DNA of 64,000 bases from an uncultured Gammaproteobacteria bacterium (GTDB lineage: Bacteria > Pseudomonadota > Gammaproteobacteria > JABCZS01): NCBI GenBank assembly GCA_963848305.1, contig CAWKDC010000001.1, forward strand, positions 576,001-640,000, read 5' to 3'. The first letter of the stretch is position 1, and each line of letters begins with the position of its first letter. Under the pieces are notes generated by a model. That model had not been told where the DNA came from, ran no database searches, and saw only the letters and a program-made list of their open reading frames with translations. Positions 33,739-43,392 of the stretch are shown piece after piece. Both the position numbers and the translations under genes were made by a program.

Positions 33739-34466
33739 TTAAGAAACCAGTGTGCCTTCGTCTTCGCCACACAGGATTCGGTACAATGCTTTCTGTTTAT
33801 GGATATTGAACACGCGGATAGGCATACCATAATCGCGGCATTGACAAAATGCAGCCAAGTCCATCACACCGAGTTCTTTGTCCAAGGCTTCATCATAGCT
33901 CAAACGATGGTACAAGGTGGCATCAGGACCAAATGTGGATCTGCGGAATAAATGCCATCCACATGCGTCCCTTTCAAGATCACATCGGCGTTGATTTCAA
34001 TGCCGCGCAAGCTCGCTGCGGAATCTGTGGTCACCAAGGGATTGCCCGTACCCGCTGCAAAAAACACCACACGACCGGCATTCAAATGATGAATCGCCTT
34101 TCGACGATCAAAATGATCAACCAATCCGCTCATGGGAATGGCTGACATCACGCGGGTTTGCACACCGACCTGCTCAAGCGCATCGCGCATCGCGAGTGCA
34201 TTCATGACAGTTGCGAGCATGCCCATATGATCCGCTGTGACACGATCAATGCCGACTTGTGACAAAGTTTTACCACGAACAAGGTTGCCGCCGCCTAACA
34301 CCAACCCAACCTGCACGCCCATGGCCGTGATCTCTTGTATCTCAGCGGCCAAACGGGTCAATACATCTGGAGATATACCCACTTGATTGCTATCGCCCAT
34401 CAGGGCTTCGCCGCTCAGCTTAATCAGCACGCGGCGATACACAGGTTGTGAGGGTGTTTTGCTCAT
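33739..34466 (-). CDS. pyrH: Uridylate kinase, apparent frameshift near 33925
   Basis: [31 protein letters not shown]; C-terminal VMDLAAF...EGTLVS resumes in another frame. Confidence 0.92.
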
Positions 34467-35362
34467 TATTTAGCGTTTCCTTGCACTTGTTGCATGACCT
34501 CTTCCGCGAAATTAGACACTTGCTTTTCGATGCCTTCACCGACAGCAAATCGGACGAAAGATACGACAGTCGCGCCCGCTTGTTTCAAGATTTGACCCGC
34601 AGTTTGGTTAGGATCTTTCAAGAAAGGTTGGCCAAGCAAGCTGACCTCGTCACAGAATTTCTTCAAGCGACCGGCGATCATTTTCTCAACCACATCAGCG
34701 GGTTTACCGCTCTCTTGGGCTTGCGCCATGTAGATCGCCTTTTCACGTTCCACCAATTCTGGGGACACATCGTCAGGTGAAATCACGGCAGGATTATTGG
34801 CAGCAATTTGCATGGCCATGTCTTTGGCGAGACCAGCGCTTCCGCCTTGCAACACCACCAACACACCAATACGACCTTGATGAACATACGCCCCTAAATG
34901 AGCACCTGCAGGCACTGACACATGCGCCAAACGACGCAAATTGAGGTTTTCGCCTAATTTTGCGACAAGCAATGTCCGCGTGACTTCCACAGAATGTGTA
35001 TCATCAAATGATTGTATCGACAAAGCAGCGCAATCAGCGGCATGTGATTTCAAAGCAATGTTCACAGCACCATTGGCAAAGGTAACAAAGTTGGCATCTC
35101 TTGCGACGAAATCTGTTTCGCAATTGGTTTCCAACATCGTCGCGGCTGATTGATCAGCTGCCATTGCAATCGTGATAAGCCCTTCTGCGGTGACGCGGCC
35201 AGATTTCTTGTCTGCTTTCGCTTGACCTGATTTACGCATCAAGTCCGCGGCGGCTTCAAGATCCCCTTCGCAGGTGACCAAAGCACGCTTACAGTCCATC
35301 ATGCCAGCGCCTGTACGCTCACGCAATTCTTGGACCATTTTAGAGGTGACTTCAATTGACAT
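34466..35362 (-). CDS. tsf: Elongation factor Ts
   Basis: [26 protein letters not shown]. Confidence 0.97.
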   Translation of the reverse strand: MSIEVTSKMVQELRERTGAGMMDCKRALVTCEGDLEAAADLMRKSGQAKADKKSGRVTAEGLITIAMAADQSAATMLETNCETDFVARDANFVTFANGAVNIALKSHAADCAALSIQSFDDTHSVEVTRTLLVAKLGENLNLRRLAHVSVPAGAHLGAYVHQGRIGVLVVLQGGSAGLAKDMAMQIAANNPAVISPDDVSPELVEREKAIYMAQAQESGKPADVVEKMIAGRLKKFCDEVSLLGQPFLKDPNQTAGQILKQAGATVVSFVRFAVGEGIEKQVSNFAEEVMQQVQGNAK

Positions 35363-36224
35363 GGGAATCTCCTGCATCAGCAGCGGGGGCAGCATCAGCT
35401 GATTCGTCTGCGCCTTTCTTCGCCTTGGTGGCTACTTTCACTTGCGATTTATCTTTAGGTTTCGCTTTCTTTTCTTTGCCTTTGGATGATTTTTGCTCAC
35501 CCTCTACTTCGACAAACTCATCTGCGCCTACGGGTAAGCGTGCTTCTTCACGGGCCTGGATGATTGTGTCTGCGAATGTGTTCACGTACAGGCTGATTGC
35601 GCGGATCGCGTCGTCATTGCCAGGAATCACATAATCAACGCCATCGGGACTATTATTCGTATCCACGATACCAATCACTGGAATCTTCAGTTTGTTGGAT
35701 TCGGTGATGGCGGTTTTTTCATAACCCACGTCAATCACGAAAATCACATCAGGCAAGCTGCCCATGTGCTTGATACCGCCCAAGGCGCGTTCTAGTTTGG
35801 CGAGTTCGCGATCGAGATCCAAGCGTTCTTTCTTGGTCAACAATGCCATTGCTTTTTCATCAGCCACGCGTGCTTCTAAATCTTTCAAGCGGCGAATGGA
35901 TTGACGCAAGGTTTTGTAATTGGTGAGCATGCCGCCGAGCCAACGATGATCAACATAAGGCATACCGCAACGATTCGCGGCATCACGCACTAATTCTTGT
36001 GCAGAACGCTTCGTGCCAACGAACAACACTTTGCCGCCCTTAGAGGCTACATTGCGCACGAAATCAACAGCGTTTTGAAACAGGGGAAGTGTTTTTTCCA
36101 AATCCACAATGTGGATTCTGGAGCGTGCACCGAAAATATACTCCCGCATTTTGGGGTTCCAAAAACGGGTTTGGTGACCAAAATGGACACCGGCTTGTAA
36201 CATATCTCTCATTGTAACTGACAT
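35352..36224 (-). CDS. rpsB: 30S ribosomal protein S2
   Basis: [31 protein letters not shown]. Confidence 0.98.
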   Translation of the reverse strand: MSVTMRDMLQAGVHFGHQTRFWNPKMREYIFGARSRIHIVDLEKTLPLFQNAVDFVRNVASKGGKVLFVGTKRSAQELVRDAANRCGMPYVDHRWLGGMLTNYKTLRQSIRRLKDLEARVADEKAMALLTKKERLDLDRELAKLERALGGIKHMGSLPDVIFVIDVGYEKTAITESNKLKIPVIGIVDTNNSPDGVDYVIPGNDDAIRAISLYVNTFADTIIQAREEARLPVGADEFVEVEGEQKSSKGKEKKAKPKDKSQVKVATKAKKGADESADAAPAADAGDSHVN

Positions 36225-36236
36225 ACTTTTCCTCTC

Positions 36237-36313
36237 TAGGGTTGAGCCTCCACAGATCCCCATGTTTAACCCCTACGGGGCACCCTAAACACGGTGACGA
36301 ATCTGTGTGTGGA
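36237..36313 (-). ncRNA. rpsB leader / t44-type S2 autoregulatory RNA
   Basis: Minus strand ACACAC...GGGTGCCCC GTA GGGG...GTGGAGGCTCAACCC matches the layout of the gammaproteobacterial rpsB 5' UTR. Confidence 0.75.
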
Positions 36314-36381
36314 TTGCGTAAAACGCAGGAATCTTATACCATATTTCCCACGCCACCACAACGAGCAAGGTTCATTATTTT

Positions 36382-37176
36382 ATGTCAATCTCCATCAAAT
36401 CCCCTGAGGAAATCACCAAAATGCGGGTTGCAGGCCGCCTAACCGCACAAGTTCTTGATATGATTACACCTTTTGTAGTACCCGGTGTCACAACTGAAGC
36501 GCTCGATAAACTTTGTCACGACTATATTGTGGATGAATTAAAGGGCATCCCTGCCCCATTGAACTATCGTGGCTTCCCCAAGTCCATTTGTACCTCTATC
36601 AATCAACAGGTTTGCCATGGCATTCCCAGTGATCGCATCCTTAAAGAGGGCGACATCGTCAATATTGATGTGAGCGTGATCAAGGACGCTTATCATGGAG
36701 ACAGCAGCAAAATGTTTGCCGTGGGCGAATGCAAGCAACCTGCCTTACGATTAATCCGGGTGACACAGGAATGCCTGTACCGGGGGATTGAGCTGGTTCG
36801 CCCTGGGCTGGATTTGAATGAAATCGGCAAAGTCATTGGCGATTATGCCCGCAGCCAAGGATGCAGCGTGGTACATGAATATTGTGGACATGGTGTAGGA
36901 TTGAAATTTCATGAGGAACCTCAAGTATTGCATTACTTCGATCCCAAAGCTCCGAAAATCATGTTGCAACCTGGAATGACTTTCACTATTGAACCGATGA
37001 TCAATGCTGGCGCCCGCCATATCCGTCACTTGAGTGATCACTGGACTGTTGTCACGAAAGATCGCAGCCTATCCGCGCAATGGGAACATACCTTATTGGT
37101 CACAGATACCGGTGTGGAAGTATTAACGTTGCGAGACGAGGAAGTTGAGTTAAGGAAGCGCATTAATCTACTTTGA
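36382..37176 (+). CDS. map: Type I methionine aminopeptidase
   Basis: SICTSINQQVCHGIP, YCGHGVG..FHEEP, EPMIN, AQWEHT. Confidence 0.97.
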   Translation: MSISIKSPEEITKMRVAGRLTAQVLDMITPFVVPGVTTEALDKLCHDYIVDELKGIPAPLNYRGFPKSICTSINQQVCHGIPSDRILKEGDIVNIDVSVIKDAYHGDSSKMFAVGECKQPALRLIRVTQECLYRGIELVRPGLDLNEIGKVIGDYARSQGCSVVHEYCGHGVGLKFHEEPQVLHYFDPKAPKIMLQPGMTFTIEPMINAGARHIRHLSDHWTVVTKDRSLSAQWEHTLLVTDTGVEVLTLRDEEVELRKRINLL

Positions 37177-37247
37177 AATCCATTTCGTAAGGGCGAATCT
37201 TTTCGCCCAATAATGCGCGCATAGCGCGCCACATCACGGTATTAGGC

Positions 37248-37305
37248 AAAAAAAAGCACCTCGGCGAACCGAGGTGCAAATTCCATGTAGCTGGAGATTG
37301 ACAAG
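37248..37305 (-). ncRNA. Candidate sRNA copy A with intrinsic terminator
   Basis: TGG-TATTAT -10-like box, then CTTGTCAATCTCCAGCTACATGGAATTT, 9-bp GC stem with TTCG loop and T8; identical to copy B. Confidence 0.6.
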
Positions 37306-37405
37306 GGTTATAATACCAGAATCGAAAAAATAAAATAGCCCCCAATTTGCTGAAAATCATATCCGCTAATCTCGCACACGTTTGATCAGAAAATATCCAA
37401 ATAGT

Positions 37406-37864
37406 TTATTTTGGCTTCATCATATGATAGCCTGTGTATGCCGACAAACCTGCCACACTTCCGATGCCCAGCCCATAAATACTGCTAAAACCAAGATATT
37501 CTTCGGTACTTTGTGGATCACCCTGTATGCCTGCGTAAAGAATCACTGCTGCGAAACACAAAACAACGATAGAGAATCCCAGAGATGCTTCCTTAATGGC
37601 GCTCTCATCACCAGCATCCGCAGAGGAACCATCTCGGTTTTCCTTGTCAACGTTCCACATGGTAAACCCAAATAAGAATAACAAAGAAGATGAAACAATG
37701 AGTAGGCTTTGCATGACGACATCATTGAAAAGGTAATCTTCATATGTAATTTTATTTTTTGTGATGGCGATAAATGTCGATGCCATTGCGCCGCCCAGGA
37801 TGGTATTAATCTTGTATGGCGATCTGGCTGCTCTGTCAAATAACATTCTTCTTTCCAGATTCAT
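37406..37864 (-). CDS. Hypothetical 4-TM protein enclosed by the inverted repeats
   Basis: 152-aa ORF with GAGGA RBS and four hydrophobic segments. Confidence 0.65.
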   Translation of the reverse strand: MNLERRMLFDRAARSPYKINTILGGAMASTFIAITKNKITYEDYLFNDVVMQSLLIVSSSLLFLFGFTMWNVDKENRDGSSADAGDESAIKEASLGFSIVVLCFAAVILYAGIQGDPQSTEEYLGFSSIYGLGIGSVAGLSAYTGYHMMKPK

Positions 37865-38037
37865 ATGACATCCTCAGATTTTTGAAGCCGCATTTTACAG
37901 GGATGGTAGATCTGTGTCAACGATTCTACAATATATAGGCAACTGATTATTATTTAAACAAACGTGTGCGAGATTAGCGGATATGATTTTCAGCAAATTG
38001 GGGGCTTTTTTATTTTCTGGAGTCTGATATTATCAAT

Positions 38038-38096
38038 CTTGTCAATCTCCAGCTACATGGAATTTGCACCTCGGTTCGCCGAGGTGCTTTTTTTTT
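38038..38096 (+). ncRNA. Candidate sRNA copy B with intrinsic terminator
   Basis: TGA-TATTAT box then the same sequence as copy A, ending GCACCTCGG-TTCG-CCGAGGTGC-T9. Confidence 0.6.
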
Positions 38097-38101
38097 GCGC
38101 C

Positions 38102-38446
38102 CTACGAATCAGACACCGAAAAGGAGGAACCGCAGCCGCAAGTGGTTTGGGCATTCGGATTTCGGATAATGAATTGTGCTCCTTCGATGCCTTCACTGTA
38201 ATCAATGTCTGCGCCCGCCAAATATTGATAACTCAGCGCATCGACCAACAGGGTGACGCCCTGATTGGTGACCGCCCAATCATCATCTTTAGCGACCTCA
38301 TCAAACGTGAAGCCGTACTGAAAGCCCGAGCAACCGCCGCCGGTAATATACACGCGCAACTTGAGCTCAGGATTACCCTCTTCGTCAATCAATTGTTTGA
38401 CCTTGAGGGCAGCAGCATCAGTGAAATGTAAGGAAATGGTGGACAT
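38102..38446 (-). CDS. erpA: Fe-S cluster insertion protein ErpA
   Basis: [31 protein letters not shown]. Confidence 0.95.
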   Translation of the reverse strand: MSTISLHFTDAAALKVKQLIDEEGNPELKLRVYITGGGCSGFQYGFTFDEVAKDDDWAVTNQGVTLLVDALSYQYLAGADIDYSEGIEGAQFIIRNPNAQTTCGCGSSFSVSDS

Positions 38447-38509
38447 GCGGCATTCTACCATAAGACCATGGTATGATTCAACCTCCATCACACCACCCAG
38501 GGGGTTACC

Positions 38510-38932
38510 ATGCTATGGCTCAAGGCTTTTCACATCATTTCCTTTGTCTGCTGGTTCGCAGGGTTGTTTTACTTGCCCAGGCTCTTTGTCTACCACACCA
38601 TGACGGACGATATCCCTGGCCAGGAACGCTTTAAAATCATGGAGCGCAAACTATATTCCTATATTACGACGCCAGCCATGCTGCTCACCATCGGGTTTGG
38701 GTTGGCCATGTATCTGCAAAGTCCCCTCTTCTACAAAACCCAAGGCTGGATGCATGCAAAACTCTTGCTGGTGATCCTCCTGATTGGCTTTCACCATGTT
38801 TGCGGTAAATATGTGAGAAAGTTTGAACAAAATGCGAATACCCATTCCAACAAGTTTTATCGCTGGTTTAACGAAATACCTGTCTTTTTCTTGTTCGGTA
38901 TTGTGATTCTGGCTGTTGTAAAACCGTTTTAA
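38510..38932 (+). CDS. hemJ: Protoporphyrinogen oxidase HemJ
   Basis: [37 protein letters not shown]. Confidence 0.93.
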   Translation: MLWLKAFHIISFVCWFAGLFYLPRLFVYHTMTDDIPGQERFKIMERKLYSYITTPAMLLTIGFGLAMYLQSPLFYKTQGWMHAKLLLVILLIGFHHVCGKYVRKFEQNANTHSNKFYRWFNEIPVFFLFGIVILAVVKPF

Positions 38933-39039
38933 AAAAAGCCGGGCGAATAAATCTACCCGGCTAAACGTCTTATGTTACCCTGCAGTGTTGAGAGGCTGCA
39001 GAGCAAGTGGATTTTATATAGAGTATAAATTTTAGTCAA
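38931..39039 (-). ncRNA. Candidate ~75-nt sRNA with its own sigma70 promoter and terminator
   Basis: TTGACT-17-TAAAAT (39039-39011), hairpin CTCTGCAG/CTGCAGGG, terminator AGCCGGG..CCCGGCT-T run. Confidence 0.55.
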
Positions 39040-39189
39040 TACCTTTTCGATATTTTTATCAATCATTTGACAATTATTTGCAAATGTATACATTTTTAAA
39101 TCAATTGGTTAACTCATTTTTGCTTTTTACCCTTTTCCTCAACTTTTAATGTGCGTCAATTTGTGTACAATTTGAATTTGGAGGAAAGC

Positions 39190-39474
39190 ATGCCGAATAA
39201 ATTAATACACAATGAACGCTTCGGCGCAAGACTGACTGGCTCAGAAAAGGCCATGCTTCAACAAGCAGCAGATCTGGAAGGCCGTAGCCCAACAGACTTC
39301 GTGATGAGCTCAGCACATGAAAAGGCTATCAAAATAATCATGGAACATGAACAAATTAACCTCTCACAAAAGAATCGTGATATATTTATTGATGCATTAC
39401 TGAACCCAAGAGAGCCCTCGGAATCGCTCAAAAAGGCATTAAAACAATATTTAAGAGATGTTATGTCTGAATGA
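39190..39474 (+). CDS. DUF1778 (TacA-type) antitoxin
   Basis: ERFGARL..EKAMLQQAA, DFVMSSA, FIDALLNP..P...LKKA. Confidence 0.85.
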   Translation: MPNKLIHNERFGARLTGSEKAMLQQAADLEGRSPTDFVMSSAHEKAIKIIMEHEQINLSQKNRDIFIDALLNPREPSESLKKALKQYLRDVMSE

Positions 39475-39782
39475 AAAAAATTTCCATTTTAAATAAAAAC
39501 CATCATAAACAGTCATTTTCATGCGGGCAGGCAGCATTTGATGGCTATCTAAAAAAGCAAGCACTCCAAAATATCACACGCCGCATTGCTGTCACCTTTG
39601 TATTAACACAAGATGATGACTTGACTGTACTGGGATATTATTCACTAGCCTCAACCAGCATCTATGCGGGCAAGTTGCCTGAAGCATTGACAAAAAAACC
39701 ACCACGATACCCCATGCTCCCAGCCATCCTTTTAAGAAGGCTCGCAGTAGATCTGAACTATGAAAGAAAAGGGTTCTCATGA
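39471..39782 (+). pseudogene. GNAT acetyltransferase toxin (TacT/AtaT-like), C-terminally truncated
   Basis: FSCG...DGYLK, VLGYYSL, PAILLRRLAVD; ends at the acetyl-CoA motif after 103 aa. Confidence 0.75.
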
Positions 39783-40981
39783 TCCGAATTGTTTCCATCG
39801 CATTACTGATTGTTGCGGCCGTCGCGGGTTATTGGCATATCCAGCAACAACCTATCTGGGCAGCGTTCGATGCGCCTGTAGGTATTACGCAAAGGAATAT
39901 GCCTATCAAGGCTTTCACCGCATCTTCCTTTTTGCCAACCACACATGAACCTGAAGTGCATGCGGCTTCATTGATTTTGCTGAAAGATGGCAACATCCGC
40001 GCGTTTTGGTTTGCAGGCAGCCGTGAAGGTGCTGAGGATGTAGTGATCCGCTCGTCTGTGTTTAACACGCAAACTCGCGCATGGTCAGAACCTACAGTTG
40101 TCACAGATCGTCTCTCTATTGAAAAAGGATTGTGGCGTTATGTTGCCAAAGTTGGCAACCCCGTGCCTATTCGCGCTCACGATGGAGCCCTTCATTTATT
40201 ATTGGTGACTGCTTCGATTGGCGGTTGGGCCACAAGTTCTATATCCAGTTTAACGTCTACCGATGAAGGGCTCACGTGGCATCATCCTCAACGGCTCATT
40301 ACTTCACCCTTTGCTAATTTGAGCACATTGGTCAAATCTCCCGCGCTATTGTTCCAAGATGGACGCCTGGGATTACCTGTTTATCATGAATTTCTCGGAA
40401 AATTCGGTGAATTATTGCGATTAGCATCATCTGAGTCAGGGTTAACAGTATTAAACAAAAGGCGCATCAGCGATGATTTTCATACATTACAGCCGATTAT
40501 TTTTATCGACACGCCGCTTGAAGCGATCGCCTACTTTCGACAAGCGAGGGATGTTGGCAAACCGCAACGCATTCCCACCAGCATGACACATCAAGCTGGC
40601 TATCGCTGGGACATGAGCAATGATTTAACGCTGCCAAATCCCAATTCGGCATTAGCAGGCATCACGCTGCTGAATGGGGATCGCTTGTTGGTGTGGAATG
40701 ATTTGGAAGATAAACGATGCCGTTTGGTCATGGCCATTTCCGAAGCAAAATACTTAGAGGGGCATTTATCTTATACAGATTGGACAATCATTCATACTTT
40801 CGAGGATGAAAGCGCCCTCCCCACTGATCAACATAGTAAATTCGCTTATCCATATTTAATCACTGATCAGGCGAATCATATTCATGTGGTCTATACATGG
40901 AGGCAGGAAAAAATCAAACACGTCGAATTTTCATCTGCCTACATTGAGCGCTTGAAGGAGGAACATCATGTCTCTGATTAA
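39779..40981 (+). CDS. BNR-repeat / sialidase-like beta-propeller protein
   Basis: HAASL, WFAGSREG, Asp-box STDEGLTW, LPNPNS, AYPYL, HVVYTW. Confidence 0.8.
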   Translation: MIRIVSIALLIVAAVAGYWHIQQQPIWAAFDAPVGITQRNMPIKAFTASSFLPTTHEPEVHAASLILLKDGNIRAFWFAGSREGAEDVVIRSSVFNTQTRAWSEPTVVTDRLSIEKGLWRYVAKVGNPVPIRAHDGALHLLLVTASIGGWATSSISSLTSTDEGLTWHHPQRLITSPFANLSTLVKSPALLFQDGRLGLPVYHEFLGKFGELLRLASSESGLTVLNKRRISDDFHTLQPIIFIDTPLEAIAYFRQARDVGKPQRIPTSMTHQAGYRWDMSNDLTLPNPNSALAGITLLNGDRLLVWNDLEDKRCRLVMAISEAKYLEGHLSYTDWTIIHTFEDESALPTDQHSKFAYPYLITDQANHIHVVYTWRQEKIKHVEFSSAYIERLKEEHHVSD

Positions 40982-41570
40982 TGTTCAACAAAGTTTGGCT
41001 TTATTTGAAATGGCTTTAGTGTGCACAACCCTATTGATGTTGCTGGCAAGGTATACATTCAGGCCAGCGTTACCCACACAATATACTACGTCTGGCGTAT
41101 TGATGGTTCTGATGCTATTTCCCTTAGGCATGCTCGGACTCCCACTGGCATTGCCTTTAGCCGGCTATGTGAGGGGATTTACAGGTGATTTTAGTATAGT
41201 CACCGTTTTGTTATTGTTATCCACCGTTTGGTTGCCCACAAACCAGCGTATACCCATTTGGTTTCGAGGGGGAGTCGTCTTGATCGGGACTGTGTTTTAT
41301 ATAGGTGCATTAGGATATGGCATGAATGATCCTTACGCATGGGGATATGGATCGCTACCGTTTTTGCTGACAATTGTAGGCGTGGGATTGTGTTGTTGGT
41401 TCGCAGGATGGTATCGCGGCGTGATCATATTATCGTTGGCAGTATTAGCCTGGTGTGTGGGGCTGCATGAGTCTGGGAATATGTGGGATTATGTGGTGGA
41501 TCCATATTTATGGGTGGGAATGATTGTATCATGCTACCGCCCCAGAAATGGATCCCGCATAAAACGCTAA
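40968..41570 (+). CDS. Hypothetical multi-TM protein coupled to the BNR gene
   Basis: Overlapping start; YVRGFTGD, DPYAWGY, ESGNMWDYVVDP. Confidence 0.7.
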   Translation: MSLINVQQSLALFEMALVCTTLLMLLARYTFRPALPTQYTTSGVLMVLMLFPLGMLGLPLALPLAGYVRGFTGDFSIVTVLLLLSTVWLPTNQRIPIWFRGGVVLIGTVFYIGALGYGMNDPYAWGYGSLPFLLTIVGVGLCCWFAGWYRGVIILSLAVLAWCVGLHESGNMWDYVVDPYLWVGMIVSCYRPRNGSRIKR

Positions 41571-41590
41571 AGCGTTTTATGCGGGATGAC
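41551..41590. repeat. REP-like palindrome (GATCCCG...CGGGATGAC type)
   Basis: Perfect 17-bp inverted repeat atcccgcataaaacgct / agcgttttatgcgggat between convergent genes. Confidence 0.8.
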
Positions 41591-41627
41591 AAAACCCAGT
41601 GGGCGGAAGTACCCGCCCATCCACGTA

Positions 41628-42458
41628 TTACCAGAAGAAGTAATTGACACCGAGGGTGATGATATTTCTGTTCACATCCACCCTTGTGCGGTCATATACT
41701 TGATAGTCATTATCTGGGCCGCCTTCATAAAACTTTGTGGGCTGATGACCTACAGTATAAACTTGTCCATAATCTGTGTACACATAATCTAAACCGACAG
41801 ATACATGGTCATAAAACCGGTGTTCAATGCCCGCACCTATACGGAAACCCACAACGGAGTCTGTGTCAGATTCGCGAAAGTACTGAGAAATATAAAAGCC
41901 AGGAAGTTCATTAAACTGCTCAAATGTGGTTGTTTCGGTCAACTTTAACGTATTAAATGCAGCACCTAAACGAGCATAGAGGTACGTCCGGGTGGGTAGC
42001 GTGAAACCAATTTTCAAGTCAGCCACAGGTTCAAAATTATTCAACTGAACATCGGATTGAGAGCTGAGTGTTCCGACATAGCCTTCATATTCCTGACTGT
42101 TGACCAGTGTGTTGTTCTGTTCAAGCTTCATTTCACTGCCATTCAATGAAGCTTCAAGGCCTACATACAACCATTCCCATTCGATGGCATAACCCACTTG
42201 AATTTGACCCAGGGCTCTATAGGCATCTTCTTTGAATTTTTGGTTCGTATAACCAAAAACATGAACCAAACCGCCATCGGACAATAACGCATAATCAGCA
42301 TACAATGTTTGATCAAAATCAGCTGTCAATTTTGAAGCACCTGCGGCGGCGCCCACATAAAAGCCATGCCTTACTTGAGCAGCATCTTGGTGTGCCAGAG
42401 CAGCCAAAGGAAGCGTCAGCGCAACTAAGCTGGGCAATACTAGATTCCGTTTTTTCAT
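41628..42458 (-). CDS. Outer-membrane beta-barrel protein, paralog 1
   Basis: Signal peptide, GFYVGAAAG, YARLGAA, GLDYVYTDYG, aromatic C-terminus NYFFW. Confidence 0.8.
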   Translation of the reverse strand: MKKRNLVLPSLVALTLPLAALAHQDAAQVRHGFYVGAAAGASKLTADFDQTLYADYALLSDGGLVHVFGYTNQKFKEDAYRALGQIQVGYAIEWEWLYVGLEASLNGSEMKLEQNNTLVNSQEYEGYVGTLSSQSDVQLNNFEPVADLKIGFTLPTRTYLYARLGAAFNTLKLTETTTFEQFNELPGFYISQYFRESDTDSVVGFRIGAGIEHRFYDHVSVGLDYVYTDYGQVYTVGHQPTKFYEGGPDNDYQVYDRTRVDVNRNIITLGVNYFFW

Positions 42459-42500
42459 ATTCAATTCCTCATCTTTCAAATGATATCGTCAAGATTCATC

Positions 42501-43334
42501 TTACCAAAAATAGTAGTTAACCGCGAATGTCACCACGTCTCTCACTACGTCCGCCTGAGTGCTATTCGTTATAAAGAGATCATCTGGCATACCCTCATCA
42601 TACAAAAACTTTGTCGGCTGAGAACCTGACGTCGAAACATTGCCGTAATCCGTGTGCACATAATCGAGGGCAAAAGAGACTTGATCAAACGGCTTATGCT
42701 CAATGCCCGCACCGAATCTCAGGGCAACAACGGAGTCTGAATCCGATGTGCGGAAATATTGTGAAACGTAGCACCCATCACAATCATCATATTGATCATA
42801 TATGGTGGTTTCATTCAATGTGATGGTATTGAATGCGGCGCCTACACGTCCATAAAGGTACGTTTTGGTAGAGAGGTTGAATCCCAATTTTAAGTCAACC
42901 ACAGGCTCAAAATTGTGTAGCTCAACGTTTGATTCGGAAATTAAAATGCCATAACCTTCATAAGCATCGTCATAAATATATACCTCGTTGTTTTGCTTGA
43001 GATTCAATTGGCTTCCATTCACAGACACCTCAAGGCCCGCAAACAACCACTCCCACGCAACGGCATAACCGATCTGGACTTGGCCCATACCATTCGAAAC
43101 ATCTTGGTCGAACGAACGATTGTCAAAGTTCAGATAATGTGGGGGAGAATCACTGAAAAATGGTGTGTAGCCAAGCGATAATGACTGATTAAAATCCGCA
43201 GTCAATCTTGAAAGACCGGCAGCGCCACCGATATAGAAACCTTGGTAAAAATGGGAGCCGTCGTGTGCAGCAAAACCTGCCAGAGGGAGTGTTACTGCTA
43301 ACAAAGTTGGGCATAGTATCTTCAAATTTTTCAT
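42501..43334 (-). CDS. Outer-membrane beta-barrel protein, paralog 2
   Basis: Signal peptide, GFYIGGAAG, YGRVGAA, C-terminus NYYFW; clearly similar to paralog 1. Confidence 0.8.
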   Translation of the reverse strand: MKNLKILCPTLLAVTLPLAGFAAHDGSHFYQGFYIGGAAGLSRLTADFNQSLSLGYTPFFSDSPPHYLNFDNRSFDQDVSNGMGQVQIGYAVAWEWLFAGLEVSVNGSQLNLKQNNEVYIYDDAYEGYGILISESNVELHNFEPVVDLKLGFNLSTKTYLYGRVGAAFNTITLNETTIYDQYDDCDGCYVSQYFRTSDSDSVVALRFGAGIEHKPFDQVSFALDYVHTDYGNVSTSGSQPTKFLYDEGMPDDLFITNSTQADVVRDVVTFAVNYYFW

Positions 43335-43392
43335 AGGGAAACCTCTTCCAAGTTGAGTGATATCGTAAGGGTAGCAAATGTTTTTTAATTTT

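Larger units (their letters stand above)
37246..38098. repeat. ~140-bp inverted repeat pair (37246-37383 / 37960-38098)
   Basis: Two exactly matching blocks (~47 bp and ~58 bp) separated by a diverged ~30-bp segment. Confidence 0.95.

Noticed and set aside
36383-36394. 12-mer TGTCAATCTCCA shared by the map start and the twin sRNA candidates
   Set aside because: Same sense as the predicted sRNAs, so no antisense pairing; a match this short can be chance
37298-37314. TTGACA and TATAAT hexamers on the plus strand
   Set aside because: Only 5 bp apart, not a sigma70 promoter spacing
37964-38431. 155-aa plus-strand ORF
   Set aside because: Antisense to erpA and runs through a terminator; shadow ORF
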